IMG/VR virus record: IMGVR_UViG_2695420398_000011
DNA length: 37,975 nt
Reading direction: 5' to 3' (one strand)
Origin: a virus
Taxonomy: Duplodnaviria; Heunggongvirae; Uroviricota; Caudoviricetes
Every line of letters begins with the position of its first letter. Within the stretch, counting starts at the first letter, position 1. Under the pieces are notes generated by a model that saw nothing but the letters and a program-made list of their open reading frames with translations, had not been told where the DNA came from and did no database searches. This document shows positions 1 to 8,887 of the stretch, one piece after another. The position numbers and the translations under genes were made by a program.

Positions 1-1002
1 TTACCCTCTATTGTCAAAAGGGTTCAATTCAACTGCAGCCTCTAAATGACCTGGAGCAAAATGCGCATAACGCATAGTCATTTTTATATCGCTATGCCCC
101 AGTATTTTTTGCAACACAAGAATATTTCCTCCCCGCATCATAAAATGACTGGCAAACGTGTGACGTAGCACATGAGTTAATTGCCCATCAGGAAGCTCGA
201 TCTTCGCTCTCTTAATTGCAGCGTCAAAAGCCTCATAACATGGTGAAAATAACGCTCCTCGTTTTTTAGGAAGCATAGCCTGCAATTGAGGTGAAATCGG
301 TACAGTGCGGTTCTTCTTTCCTTTAGTTTTAACAAATGTGATTCGACCGGGCAGCACTTGAGATTGCTTTAATCCTTCAGCTTCACTCCACCGAGCACCA
401 GTCGCAAGCCCAATACGGACAACAACCCCCAAATCTTTATTCCGTGACTCATCACACGCAATCAGAAGGCGTTCAATCTCATCTACATACAGAAACGCCA
501 ATTCCTTTTCTTCCTCACGAAACTTGCGAATGCCAGTCAGGGGGTTTTCACCAGACCACTCCCCAAGGCGCTTCAGTTCGGCAAAAACAGCATGTAGATA
601 TGACTGCTCGCGATTAACGGTTGCTTCACTAAGTTTTTTCTTCCCCTTGGGATTCCATTCTCCTGATAACCTCCTTTCCCGATAAGTAGCAAACATATTT
701 TTGTCAAACTGAGAAGCAAATGGATCTCCCAGCCTGGAACAAATAGACTCAAGTTTGACTTTGCGCTCTGCACCAGAGGACAAGGTTTTACCGTACATCT
801 CAAACCAACGAGCAACCAACTCAGAAAGACGAGGACCAGAACCATCTTGAAACTCGTCTCCAACTCTACTATTCATTAAACGGCGCTCATAAGAGAGCGC
901 CTCACTTTTTGTCGCAAACTGTTTACGAATACGTTTTCCCGATGCCCCGTAAGGATAACATTCGCAAAGCCATTTACCTGATGGAATCTTACGAACCGAC
1001 AT
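1..1002 (-). CDS. int: Tyrosine recombinase / phage integrase (P2-like)
   Basis: 333-aa ORF; N-terminus (GKRIRKQF..KSEA) and C-terminal catalytic region (TGARWSEA, HVLRHTFASHF, LGHSDIKMTMRYAH) resemble P2-family integrases as recalled from memory. Confidence 0.9.
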   Translation of the reverse strand: MSVRKIPSGKWLCECYPYGASGKRIRKQFATKSEALSYERRLMNSRVGDEFQDGSGPRLSELVARWFEMYGKTLSSGAERKVKLESICSRLGDPFASQFDKNMFATYRERRLSGEWNPKGKKKLSEATVNREQSYLHAVFAELKRLGEWSGENPLTGIRKFREEEKELAFLYVDEIERLLIACDESRNKDLGVVVRIGLATGARWSEAEGLKQSQVLPGRITFVKTKGKKNRTVPISPQLQAMLPKKRGALFSPCYEAFDAAIKRAKIELPDGQLTHVLRHTFASHFMMRGGNILVLQKILGHSDIKMTMRYAHFAPGHLEAAVELNPFDNRG

Positions 1003-1007
1003 TTTAG

Positions 1008-1355
1008 TTACTTATCACATAAATCAAATGCAGCCTTAGTGACATCTCCCAGATTCTTTTTTAACCCTGGGGCGGCATCATTATCCAGCCAAAATGGATT
1101 ATTGTTATCTAACGGTAACGCACCAAATGTTTTACCTTTTATTCGAGCCAAACCTGTAAGCGCATATAACTTATTATCGTCAAAATTCATCACATAAGGA
1201 TTACCATCTAGACACTGTAACTGAACCTCATCAGTATTAAATGGCCATACCCCATTGAAACTCTCACGTTCAATATTTTTAAAAGGCATTGCGACGGCAG
1301 AAAAAGAAAACATAGATAAAAAAGTAACTAATAGTTGAACATTTTTTACTTTCAT
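1008..1355 (-). CDS. Hypothetical secreted protein (N-terminal signal peptide, two Cys)
   Basis: 115-aa ORF with hydrophobic leader LLVTFLSMFSFSAVAMP; AT-rich codon usage; tightly packed between int and the upstream ORF. Confidence 0.5.
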   Translation of the reverse strand: MKVKNVQLLVTFLSMFSFSAVAMPFKNIERESFNGVWPFNTDEVQLQCLDGNPYVMNFDDNKLYALTGLARIKGKTFGALPLDNNNPFWLDNDAAPGLKKNLGDVTKAAFDLCDK

Positions 1356-1384
1356 ACCATTACCTCAATTTAGCTCAAGTAAGA

Positions 1385-2035
1385 TTACAAATTAAAAAAC
1401 ATCCTAGAAATGGCACCACCTACCAACCCCCCTACGCAGATAAAGAATATTATTTCTTTTGGATAAAGTCGGATTAATTCTGAAGCACGAAGTCGGACTT
1501 CTGGTAAGGTCGAATTCTCTGTGTTGCTTGATACCGATTGTTGCTCTAACCACGACAATGCAGACTGCAACTGAGAACGAGTAAGATCGTTTAAACGTCC
1601 TGTACCGAAATTGATATGGCAATACCGCAGAAGTTTTTGTCGAAGTCCACAGTCTTCACTGTTACGTAGTAATAAACTTACAAGAGCCTTACAGGCATCA
1701 TGATCTTTACATCGCTCAAGCATTGCATGCAGAAAACTCTCCGCTGTTTTATATTGATTTACTGTCATATCATCAATACCAGCTACACCAATCTCCGCAT
1801 GTACTTTTTGCCAAATAATAAACGCTTCAGTATTGCTAGCTTCTGCAATAGCAGCAACCAAGCTATTTAGCTCCTTACGCTGAGCCTTAAGCAAAGGGCG
1901 ATCGTCATCATCATTATTCGAAGGGATTGCGATATTGACGGTATGAGAACCATCATATCGCCCTATCTGAATATTCTTTTCGTGAAAATCACGCCCAGCA
2001 ACGCGATTGTTTGAACCGTTTGAGTTGACGGCCAT
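1385..2035 (-). CDS. Hypothetical protein with C-terminal transmembrane anchor; N-terminal NNRVAGRDF motif shared with the repressor tail
   Basis: 216-aa ORF; C-terminal hydrophobic stretch IIFFICVGGLVGGAISRMFF; same strand as repressor and int. Confidence 0.5.
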   Translation of the reverse strand: MAVNSNGSNNRVAGRDFHEKNIQIGRYDGSHTVNIAIPSNNDDDDRPLLKAQRKELNSLVAAIAEASNTEAFIIWQKVHAEIGVAGIDDMTVNQYKTAESFLHAMLERCKDHDACKALVSLLLRNSEDCGLRQKLLRYCHINFGTGRLNDLTRSQLQSALSWLEQQSVSSNTENSTLPEVRLRASELIRLYPKEIIFFICVGGLVGGAISRMFFNL

Positions 2036-2050
2036 GTCACCTCCCTACTA

Positions 2051-2455
2051 TCACCTACCCTTAGTTTCGTTATAGTCACGCCCAGCGATACGGTTATTAC
2101 CGCCAGAAATATTTAACTCACGTCCTGATGGCTGAGTTTCCTTTTCACTGGCCGCACCTTTTAAAGCCCCGATCACCGCGTTTTTCACATCTAACGAAGC
2201 TGCTCGAAAGCGAGTAATCAACTCCTGCTCATCATCGTTATAAGTTTCAGGTGAGTGAATTCCCAACACAACATACTGAACATCAAGGCCAAAACGAGAC
2301 AGCGCTGCCAAATACGCAGCATCAGGAAAGCTATCTCCTTTCTCATATCTAAGCTGAGTTAGCTTTTTGACTCCACCAATGTCGCTCATAGCAACTTGAC
2401 TAAGTCCCAATCTTTCCCTTTCCTCACGCAACCTCTGACCAATATCATTTTTCAT
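2051..2455 (-). CDS. XRE-family helix-turn-helix transcriptional regulator; candidate immunity repressor (C/CI position)
   Basis: 134-aa ORF; N-terminal HTH (LREERERLGLSQVAMSDIGGVKKLTQLRYEKG); divergent from the early operon; followed on the same strand by int as in P2/186 lysogeny operons. Confidence 0.7.
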   Translation of the reverse strand: MKNDIGQRLREERERLGLSQVAMSDIGGVKKLTQLRYEKGDSFPDAAYLAALSRFGLDVQYVVLGIHSPETYNDDEQELITRFRAASLDVKNAVIGALKGAASEKETQPSGRELNISGGNNRIAGRDYNETKGR

Positions 2456-2530
2456 ACAAAAACCTTGACAGGTATCTTTTTTGATACCAAAATGATTTCA
2501 CGAGCTATTAGATGATCACAATATATCACT
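2456..2530. promoter_or_regulatory. Divergent lysogenic/lytic promoter-operator switch region
   Basis: 75-bp gap between divergent repressor and early operon; contains TTGACA at about 2464-2469 and AT-rich elements. Position-based inference only. Confidence 0.4.
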
Positions 2531-2737
2531 ATGAAACAAGTTCTTCACGATACCAGATCACGCATTCCGCGTAACACCGCCACAGGTCCAAGACTGGCAC
2601 TTCGGCTGTCCCTCGAGGAGCGAGCCGTCATTGATGAAATGGCAGCTAAAGAACAACGCTCATCCTCTAACATGGCGCGCATGATCTTCCTTCGCGGCCT
2701 AGAGCTAACCCAGAAAGAACAAAACAAATCTTCCTGA
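2531..2737 (+). CDS. Small ribbon-helix-helix-like regulator, first gene of early operon (Cox/Apl/Cro position)
   Basis: 68-aa ORF; predicted beta-strand followed by helices (PRLALRLSLEERAVIDEMAAKEQ) resembling Arc/CopG-type RHH proteins; position equivalent to cox/apl. Confidence 0.5.
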   Translation: MKQVLHDTRSRIPRNTATGPRLALRLSLEERAVIDEMAAKEQRSSSNMARMIFLRGLELTQKEQNKSS

Positions 2738-2753
2738 TCAGGAGGCTAATGGG

Positions 2754-2957
2754 ATGTCAGGTATAACCATCAATATCAATGTGAATGCCCCCTATGTATC
2801 CCTGCAGAAATATGCAGAGATAACAGGTATCCCTCTTAATACATGCAAAAAGATGTTGGCTGACGGTCGAATTATTATCCGACCCAAACGCGCCAAAATG
2901 GAAAAGCCTGAAGTAAACCTTGTGGCGATGTTAAAAGACGCTTTGGCTAACAGCTAA
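2754..2957 (+). CDS. Small HTH DNA-binding protein (AlpA/excisionase-like)
   Basis: 67-aa ORF with an HTH-like segment LQKYAEITGIPLNTCKKMLADGRI. Confidence 0.45.
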   Translation: MSGITININVNAPYVSLQKYAEITGIPLNTCKKMLADGRIIIRPKRAKMEKPEVNLVAMLKDALANS

Positions 2958-2978
2958 AACAATGAACAGAGCATCATC

Positions 2979-3329
2979 ATGAAAAAAAACACTAATATTC
3001 CATACTCCAAATTTCGTAATGGCGTAGAACGCCACGCTAACCGTTTCGCTATCAGTACATCACGTAGCAACACTCGCTACAGCCTGAGCGAAACACACGC
3101 TACACCTGATGGCCATCCCGTAAAACAAATTGGTGAACACACCTGGCTGATTGAGAAAGCTGGAATCGTGGTTCACAGATGCCAACGCAACCCATTTACC
3201 GGAAACCGCATTTTTGCTCTGAGCAACGGCGACAATCAGTTTGGACAGGATTTCACGTTGTACGAAGCTCTGCGCACGGTTGATCGTCTGCTGCGTGGAC
3301 AGAATTTCATTAAACAGGCTGATTTATAA
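2979..3329 (+). CDS. Hypothetical early protein
   Basis: 116-aa ORF in early operon; no recognisable domain. Confidence 0.45.
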   Translation: MKKNTNIPYSKFRNGVERHANRFAISTSRSNTRYSLSETHATPDGHPVKQIGEHTWLIEKAGIVVHRCQRNPFTGNRIFALSNGDNQFGQDFTLYEALRTVDRLLRGQNFIKQADL

Positions 3330-3339
3330 CAGGTGCTTT

Positions 3340-3618
3340 ATGACCAAAGACCATGCTCAGGGTGTATTTATCCGCTTTATTGATTTTCGCGGTGAGCTGT
3401 TGTTGCGCGCATCAGCTATTGATGGAGTGGTTCCGGTAGATAAAAGCACGGCCACTTACATTTATCTGAACGGCACACGCCTGACCGTAGAGATTCCATA
3501 TCAACCCGTATGCGAAATTATTAGCGAAGCTGAAAAAGCACGTCAGGTTAATGGCGATAAACCCTATCTCGAAATTATCTGCATGGATTCAGAAGCTGAA
3601 ATTCAGAAGGCAGATTAA
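3340..3618 (+). CDS. Hypothetical early protein
   Basis: ATG at 3340 in frame with listed ORF 3241..3618; 92 aa from this start, which avoids overlap with the upstream gene. Confidence 0.45.
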   Translation: MTKDHAQGVFIRFIDFRGELLLRASAIDGVVPVDKSTATYIYLNGTRLTVEIPYQPVCEIISEAEKARQVNGDKPYLEIICMDSEAEIQKAD

Positions 3619-3629
3619 AGGGCGTTGCG

Positions 3630-3872
3630 ATGGATAAAGAATATAAAACTCTCGTCAATAAAGCACTTGAGCGCTTTCATTTTCGCTTAAACGCATCAGG
3701 CGCTCATGCTGAACGCGCAGCCCGAGAGTCATTGACCAGAGCTATCAAGAGTATATACGACACGGCTTTTTACGTTGACGACCCGGACGCGCTCGACGAG
3801 CTTTCCGTACTCGTCTGCGCCGCAGAAAACGGGGACCATATTGAGCCATATAAACTGGGAAATATTGCATGA
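3630..3872 (+). CDS. Hypothetical early protein
   Basis: 80-aa ORF; stop overlaps the next start (ATGA). Confidence 0.45.
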   Translation: MDKEYKTLVNKALERFHFRLNASGAHAERAARESLTRAIKSIYDTAFYVDDPDALDELSVLVCAAENGDHIEPYKLGNIA

Positions 3873-3982
3873 GTATATTTATCTCATGGCTTGTTCTGAT
3901 TATTTCGGTGGCCTGCGCTATTGGGATTATGCGAATTATTAATTCAGTAAAAAAGATTGAACGCTTTTTCACTGAAGAATAA
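3869..3982 (+). CDS. Small hydrophobic membrane peptide (37 aa)
   Basis: ATG 3869 overlaps upstream stop; translation MSIFISWLVLIISVACAIGIMRIINSVKKIERFFTEE has one TM helix and a charged tail; below the ORF-track length cutoff. Confidence 0.3.
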   Translation: MSIFISWLVLIISVACAIGIMRIINSVKKIERFFTEE

Positions 3983-4068
3983 CCGCGCAAATAAGACTCC
4001 AGGTTAAATAAGAAAATGTGAAAACAATCCGCATTCGCGGAGGTATTCGCACACGCCAAGGAGGCGTA

Positions 4069-4272
4069 ATGGCAATTAAGCATTTTCCTGTCGTTCGTTT
4101 CACCTCCAGAGGACGTGAATACGAAGTTGACGAACGCCTGATTACCACAATCGACAAACACCGTTCAGAAAAGGATGCACATCACATCTATCTCACTGAC
4201 GGTACTTACTTCTGCGCCACCAACGTGGTGCAGGTGAATCTTATCAGACAGGTACAGGAGTCACGCAGATGA
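4069..4272 (+). CDS. Hypothetical early protein
   Basis: ATG 4069 preceded by AGGAGG; in frame with listed ORF 4018..4272. Confidence 0.4.
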   Translation: MAIKHFPVVRFTSRGREYEVDERLITTIDKHRSEKDAHHIYLTDGTYFCATNVVQVNLIRQVQESRR

Positions 4273-4514
4273 CCATTCTGGACTACATCGCTGCCAATCC
4301 GGGTTGTAGCGGTGGAGAAATCGCCGCAGCACTGAATACACCAACCACAACCATTAATGCGGAGCTACGCCGTCTCTGGCGCAGCGGTTCAGTCATAAGA
4401 AAAGAGCGCAAAACAGGCGGTCGCTTTTCTTATCAGGTAAACCCGATGCCGTTTGGGTGTAGCAACCCTCTAACCCAGATGTTCAACCAGCTACTGAGAG
4501 AAATCAGAGCATGA
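4269..4514 (+). CDS. Putative winged-helix DNA-binding protein
   Basis: 81-aa ORF; start overlaps upstream stop; sequence GGEIAAALNTPTTTINAELRRLWRSGSV looks like a wHTH. Confidence 0.45.
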   Translation: MTILDYIAANPGCSGGEIAAALNTPTTTINAELRRLWRSGSVIRKERKTGGRFSYQVNPMPFGCSNPLTQMFNQLLREIRA

Positions 4515-4655
4515 GCACCTCCAACTGCCGGAAACCACGTCGGGCTTCAGCAGCTCATCCGGCAGCAAAACAAACTCCGTTAATTCCTGTTCCGGGCCTT
4601 TCCTGCACCTTGCGGCAAGAGGCCTTCGCACATCTGCAACAAGAGGATTGCCGCA

Positions 4656-5021
4656 ATGATTCTCGCCGAAGACTTTTTTGATTACCTGCTGAAAACCGAG
4701 CGCGATTTTGGTATTCGCGTTCTCGACCGCTATGCAATGTATCTGAAATCACTGCCGGAACAGCAGCTCCCGGACGGCCAGATTGTTATTGACGGGCGCT
4801 ACATGGTTGGTAGCTGCCAGGAGGATTACACACTTTCCCGCATCGAAAGCGGCACGCCTTCCGTACTGGGTATTTACCTGCGAACTTCATCTCTGATTGC
4901 TGATGTAATTGCTGACAGCATTCGCATAACACACCGTTATGCCAGCACAGAGAGCACCATGCAGGAAATCCAGCGGCTGGCTACCGTCTGCCACAATGCA
5001 CTGAGCGGAAAGGCGGAGTAG
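4656..5021 (+). CDS. Hypothetical early protein
   Basis: 121-aa ORF immediately upstream of replication gene A. Confidence 0.45.
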   Translation: MILAEDFFDYLLKTERDFGIRVLDRYAMYLKSLPEQQLPDGQIVIDGRYMVGSCQEDYTLSRIESGTPSVLGIYLRTSSLIADVIADSIRITHRYASTESTMQEIQRLATVCHNALSGKAE

Positions 5022-5026
5022 TCGGC

Positions 5027-7822
5027 GTGGCAACGGAGTACATCAGAGACTGGCAACAACCACGCCATGCAGTCGGTGGCGAGGGAACGGGGGAGCCTGT
5101 CCGCCCCTCCCTTCTTTCTTCCTGGCTGGATGCCTACCGGGCAGAGAACGAGCGCCGCCAGGAAATGGCTGATGCGGCGTTCTCCGCTGCACCACTGGGC
5201 AATCTGATTAATAAAAGCCTGGACGCACAGGAAAAACAGGACAAAGCCATCACACTGGCAAGAGAAGCCAGAAAGCAGGCACGCGGTGCGGTGGATGAAG
5301 CCATGGCCTCGCTGCGTCTGCTGCCGTCCTATCTGCGTGATCCGCTTATCCGCCATCTCTCTTTCCTGCACAAAAAACAGGAATCTGGCCACCAGAAAGG
5401 CAAAAAGAACCAGCAGGCGGAACGCTATGCGAGCGGAACCCTGCGCAAAATATTCGAACGTCTGGCCCGCACCGACCGTCGCTGGCTGACTCCGGGTTAT
5501 CGCTCCCTTGCCGGACGTGAACGTCTGGACGATTTGCTGTACCTGCCACAGCTCAACAAGCACCAGATACAGACGCTGGCCGTCATGACGGCGGCAATGT
5601 TCAGCAGCACCTTCGAAAAACTCTGCGATGGCTGTGGCGCGACCGACGGCGAGCTGACCATGGATATAACGCTGAAGGCGTATCAGATGCTGGCCCGCAT
5701 GGCGTTACATCTGCACACAGTGCCGCCGCATTATGACGCACTGACAACAGACAAAGACCGGAAGAACGAACCGGACACGGAACTGCTGCCGGGTGCAATC
5801 CTCCGCCTGACCTGTGCGGACTGGTGGAAACGCAAACTGTGGCTTTTACGTTGCGAATGGAGAGAGGAACAACTCCGCGCTGCCTGTCTAGTTTCCAGAA
5901 AAACATCACCCTATCTGAGTCAGGACGCATTAAGTGAATTTCGCGCACAGCGCGAGAAAACACGCGATTTCCTGAAAAGTTTCATGCTGGAAAATGAAGA
6001 CGGGTTCACGATTGATCTCGAGACAGTGTATTACGCGGGAGTAAGTAACCCGGTCCACCGTAAGGCAGAAATGATGGCCACCATGAAGGGACTGGAACTT
6101 CTGGCCGAAGCCCGTGGCGACAGAGCGGTGTTTCTGACTGTCACCTGCCCGTCAAAATACCACGCTACAACAGAGAACGGTCATCCGAATCCCAAATGGA
6201 ACGGCGCCACCATGCGCGATTCCAGTGATTACCTGGTTAACACTTTTTTTAAGGCGGTCCGCAAAAAACTGAATCGCGACGGCCTGCGCTGGTATGGCAT
6301 CCGCACGGTGGAGCCACACCATGACGGCACCGTGCACTGGCACATGATGGTCTTTGCACATCCTGAAGAAATCGACAGCATCGTGGACATCACCCGTGAT
6401 ATTGCCATTCGCGAAGACCGCCACGAGCTGGGCAATGACATAACTCCGCGCTTTAAGGCAGAGTACGTCGACGGTTCGAAAGGTACGCCGACCAGCTACA
6501 TCGCCACCTACATCGGAAAGAACCTGGACAGCCGCGCCGTGGATGGCATTGACCCGAAAACAGGCAAGCCACGCGTTGATCACGAAACCGGAAAATCAAT
6601 GGCCGAGAGCGTGGAACGCGCCATCGGCTGGGCGCGCCTTCACCGCGTCCGCCAGTTCCAGTTCTTTGGTATCCCCTCCCGTCAGGTATGGCGTGAACTC
6701 CGCCGCCTTGCCAGTCAGATGGCCCGCAACCCGGAAGGTCCACAACGTCTGGAAAATGACGCAATGGATGCGGTACTCGCTGCCGCTGATGCCGGGTGTT
6801 TTGCCACCTACATTGAGAAACAGGGTGGCGTACTTGTTCCACGCAAGGATTACCTGATTCGCACCGCCTACGACCTCGCAGAAGAGCTGAACGATTACGG
6901 CGAGCAAAGCGTACAGATTTACGGGATCTGGTCGCCACAAATCGGGGAATCTTCCCGCGTGTGCACGCACCCGGATAACTGGAAGCTGGTAAGACGTAAA
7001 CCGGAAGCGGAAGACAGCGCCCGCGAAAATGGTTTTGACCTTCAGGGCGGCCCTGCCGCCCCTTGGACTCGTGGCAATAACTGTCCCCGTGTACAGGAAA
7101 CGGACAACAACGGGACAGAACAGCCGGAAGAACGGCCATCACCGTGGCCGCAGCTTCCTGACGGCGTTGACGTGAATGAATGGATGCGCTCACTGAAACT
7201 GCACGAACGCCGGGCGCTGATGCGTTCGCTGCGTGACAAACAGGCAAAAAACAGCAGTGATGAAATGCAGAACTGGACACAGAGCCGCAAACAGCCACGG
7301 CCTTTGCCTGATAACCACGAGTTACTCGCTAAAGAATGGCGGGAGTCTGCTGAATCTCTCGGCCTGCATATCGGTGAACAGCAGATGCAGCACCTGTTAC
7401 GGGGCGGCAGTCTGTACGTTGACGGCAGCATCATTGCACCGCAGGGATTTGAAATTGTACGCAAACCGGATACCCGCCCGGACAGCCGAATCACGCAGCT
7501 CTGGCAGCGCCTGAGCCGCAATCACGGCGTAAGCAGCACGGAGATCCGCCATAACCCGGTCGCCAGCTATCTGGAACAGCTGGGGGCATCAGACCCCGAA
7601 GCCGCCGCACGCCTGGCATCCACACTTCAGCAGGACCAGAACACCATGAAAACCCCCGTTACCGTGCTTTCTGACATGCTGCGCGCCATCCGTGACGCAG
7701 AGCACGCACAGAGAATCAGTGAAACCACTGAACGCGCCCACCGCAAAGCAGACCTGCTGCGGGGGCCTGACCAGTGGAAACAAAAAACAGACAGAAACGG
7801 GATTCACAAATCCCGTAAATGA
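5027..7822 (+). CDS. A: Rolling-circle replication initiation endonuclease (P2 gpA-like, HUH superfamily)
   Basis: 931-aa ORF with probable GTG start; HUH motif HWHMMVFAH; position at end of early operon as in P2/186. Confidence 0.85.
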   Translation: MATEYIRDWQQPRHAVGGEGTGEPVRPSLLSSWLDAYRAENERRQEMADAAFSAAPLGNLINKSLDAQEKQDKAITLAREARKQARGAVDEAMASLRLLPSYLRDPLIRHLSFLHKKQESGHQKGKKNQQAERYASGTLRKIFERLARTDRRWLTPGYRSLAGRERLDDLLYLPQLNKHQIQTLAVMTAAMFSSTFEKLCDGCGATDGELTMDITLKAYQMLARMALHLHTVPPHYDALTTDKDRKNEPDTELLPGAILRLTCADWWKRKLWLLRCEWREEQLRAACLVSRKTSPYLSQDALSEFRAQREKTRDFLKSFMLENEDGFTIDLETVYYAGVSNPVHRKAEMMATMKGLELLAEARGDRAVFLTVTCPSKYHATTENGHPNPKWNGATMRDSSDYLVNTFFKAVRKKLNRDGLRWYGIRTVEPHHDGTVHWHMMVFAHPEEIDSIVDITRDIAIREDRHELGNDITPRFKAEYVDGSKGTPTSYIATYIGKNLDSRAVDGIDPKTGKPRVDHETGKSMAESVERAIGWARLHRVRQFQFFGIPSRQVWRELRRLASQMARNPEGPQRLENDAMDAVLAAADAGCFATYIEKQGGVLVPRKDYLIRTAYDLAEELNDYGEQSVQIYGIWSPQIGESSRVCTHPDNWKLVRRKPEAEDSARENGFDLQGGPAAPWTRGNNCPRVQETDNNGTEQPEERPSPWPQLPDGVDVNEWMRSLKLHERRALMRSLRDKQAKNSSDEMQNWTQSRKQPRPLPDNHELLAKEWRESAESLGLHIGEQQMQHLLRGGSLYVDGSIIAPQGFEIVRKPDTRPDSRITQLWQRLSRNHGVSSTEIRHNPVASYLEQLGASDPEAAARLASTLQQDQNTMKTPVTVLSDMLRAIRDAEHAQRISETTERAHRKADLLRGPDQWKQKTDRNGIHKSRK

Positions 7823-7923
7823 GCAAAAAACGTGCCGCGATATATGAAGCGCGCACAAAACAGGCAAAAGCGGGATTTAAAAATCCTGTAACCGATTAAT
7901 TAATCAACATAAGGAAAAGCGAC

Positions 7924-8883
7924 ATGAAAATTTGTATCGACGACGGCTCCACCAATATCAAGCTGGCATGGACTGAGAACGGCGAACGCCGCAACGCTAT
8001 CAGCCCGAACAGCTTCAAGTCGGAATGGTCTGCGCCGTTCGGTGGCACGCAGCCCGCGAACTACATGCTTGATGGCGTGCGCTATGGTTTTGATCCGGTC
8101 AGCGATCGCTTTGTCCAGACGACCGACACGCAATACCAGTACAGCGATGTGAATGTCATTGCCATTCATCACGCGCTGGTCAAATCAGGCATCACACCAC
8201 AGGAGGTGGATGTGGTTGTCACCCTGCCACTGAGCGAGTATTTCGACACAAACGCACAGCCGGACATGGCCAACATCAACCGCAAAAAAGCGAACGTTAT
8301 GCGCCCGGTGGAGTACCAGAACGGCAAAGCATTCACTATCCGTAACGTACGGGTTATGCCTGAATCTATTCCGGCTGGCTTTAAAGCACTGGCTGACATG
8401 AGTCCGTTTGAATCCCTGCTGATTGTGGATTTAGGCGGAACCACGCTGGATGTAGCAAAGGTTCAGGGACAACTGGCAGGTATCAGCCAGGTGTTTTGCG
8501 ATCCACACGTAGGCGTTTCCCTGATGGCCGATGCAGTACTGTCGGTGATGGCCACTAACGGTATGCGTACCAGTCACCACATCGCCAATACCATTATCGA
8601 ACATCGCCATGATGAAGCCTGGCTGCGCCAGCACATCCATAATGACGCGCATTACGCCAGCCTGATGGCGGTTATTCGTGAAAAGGAAGAAACACTGAAA
8701 CAACGCGTGATCCGCGCACTGGCGGGTTTTTCGGGTTACGGGCGGGTGATGGTTGTCGGTGGCGGGGCGGAGATTGTGGCACCCGCTATCCGCGAAGCCT
8801 GCGGAGTTAATGCGACTTTCATCGCGGACGGGGGGCCACAGTTTGCTCTGGTTAATGGGCTGTACGCAATGGACAAGGAGTAA
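7924..8883 (+). CDS. parM: Actin-like segregation ATPase ParM (StbA family)
   Basis: 319-aa ORF; N-terminus MKICIDDGSTNIKLAW..ISPNSFK..YSDVNVIAIHHAL closely matches plasmid R1 ParM as recalled (MLVFIDDGSTNIKLQW..). Confidence 0.9.
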   Translation: MKICIDDGSTNIKLAWTENGERRNAISPNSFKSEWSAPFGGTQPANYMLDGVRYGFDPVSDRFVQTTDTQYQYSDVNVIAIHHALVKSGITPQEVDVVVTLPLSEYFDTNAQPDMANINRKKANVMRPVEYQNGKAFTIRNVRVMPESIPAGFKALADMSPFESLLIVDLGGTTLDVAKVQGQLAGISQVFCDPHVGVSLMADAVLSVMATNGMRTSHHIANTIIEHRHDEAWLRQHIHNDAHYASLMAVIREKEETLKQRVIRALAGFSGYGRVMVVGGGAEIVAPAIREACGVNATFIADGGPQFALVNGLYAMDKE

Positions 8884-8887
8884 ACCA

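Noticed and set aside
2051-2110. Ala-Gly dipeptide in the shared NNRIAGRD motif as a possible LexA/CI-type autocleavage site.
   Set aside because: The repressor is only 134 aa and has no S24 peptidase (Ser-Lys dyad) domain after the HTH, so RecA-stimulated self-cleavage is not supported.
5286-7521. Several long ORFs nested inside or antisense to replication gene A (for example 6453..7298 on the minus strand, 281 aa).
   Set aside because: They overlap a gene with a clear HUH motif and conserved position, and are Arg/Cys/Ser-rich in the way of spurious frames in GC-rich DNA.
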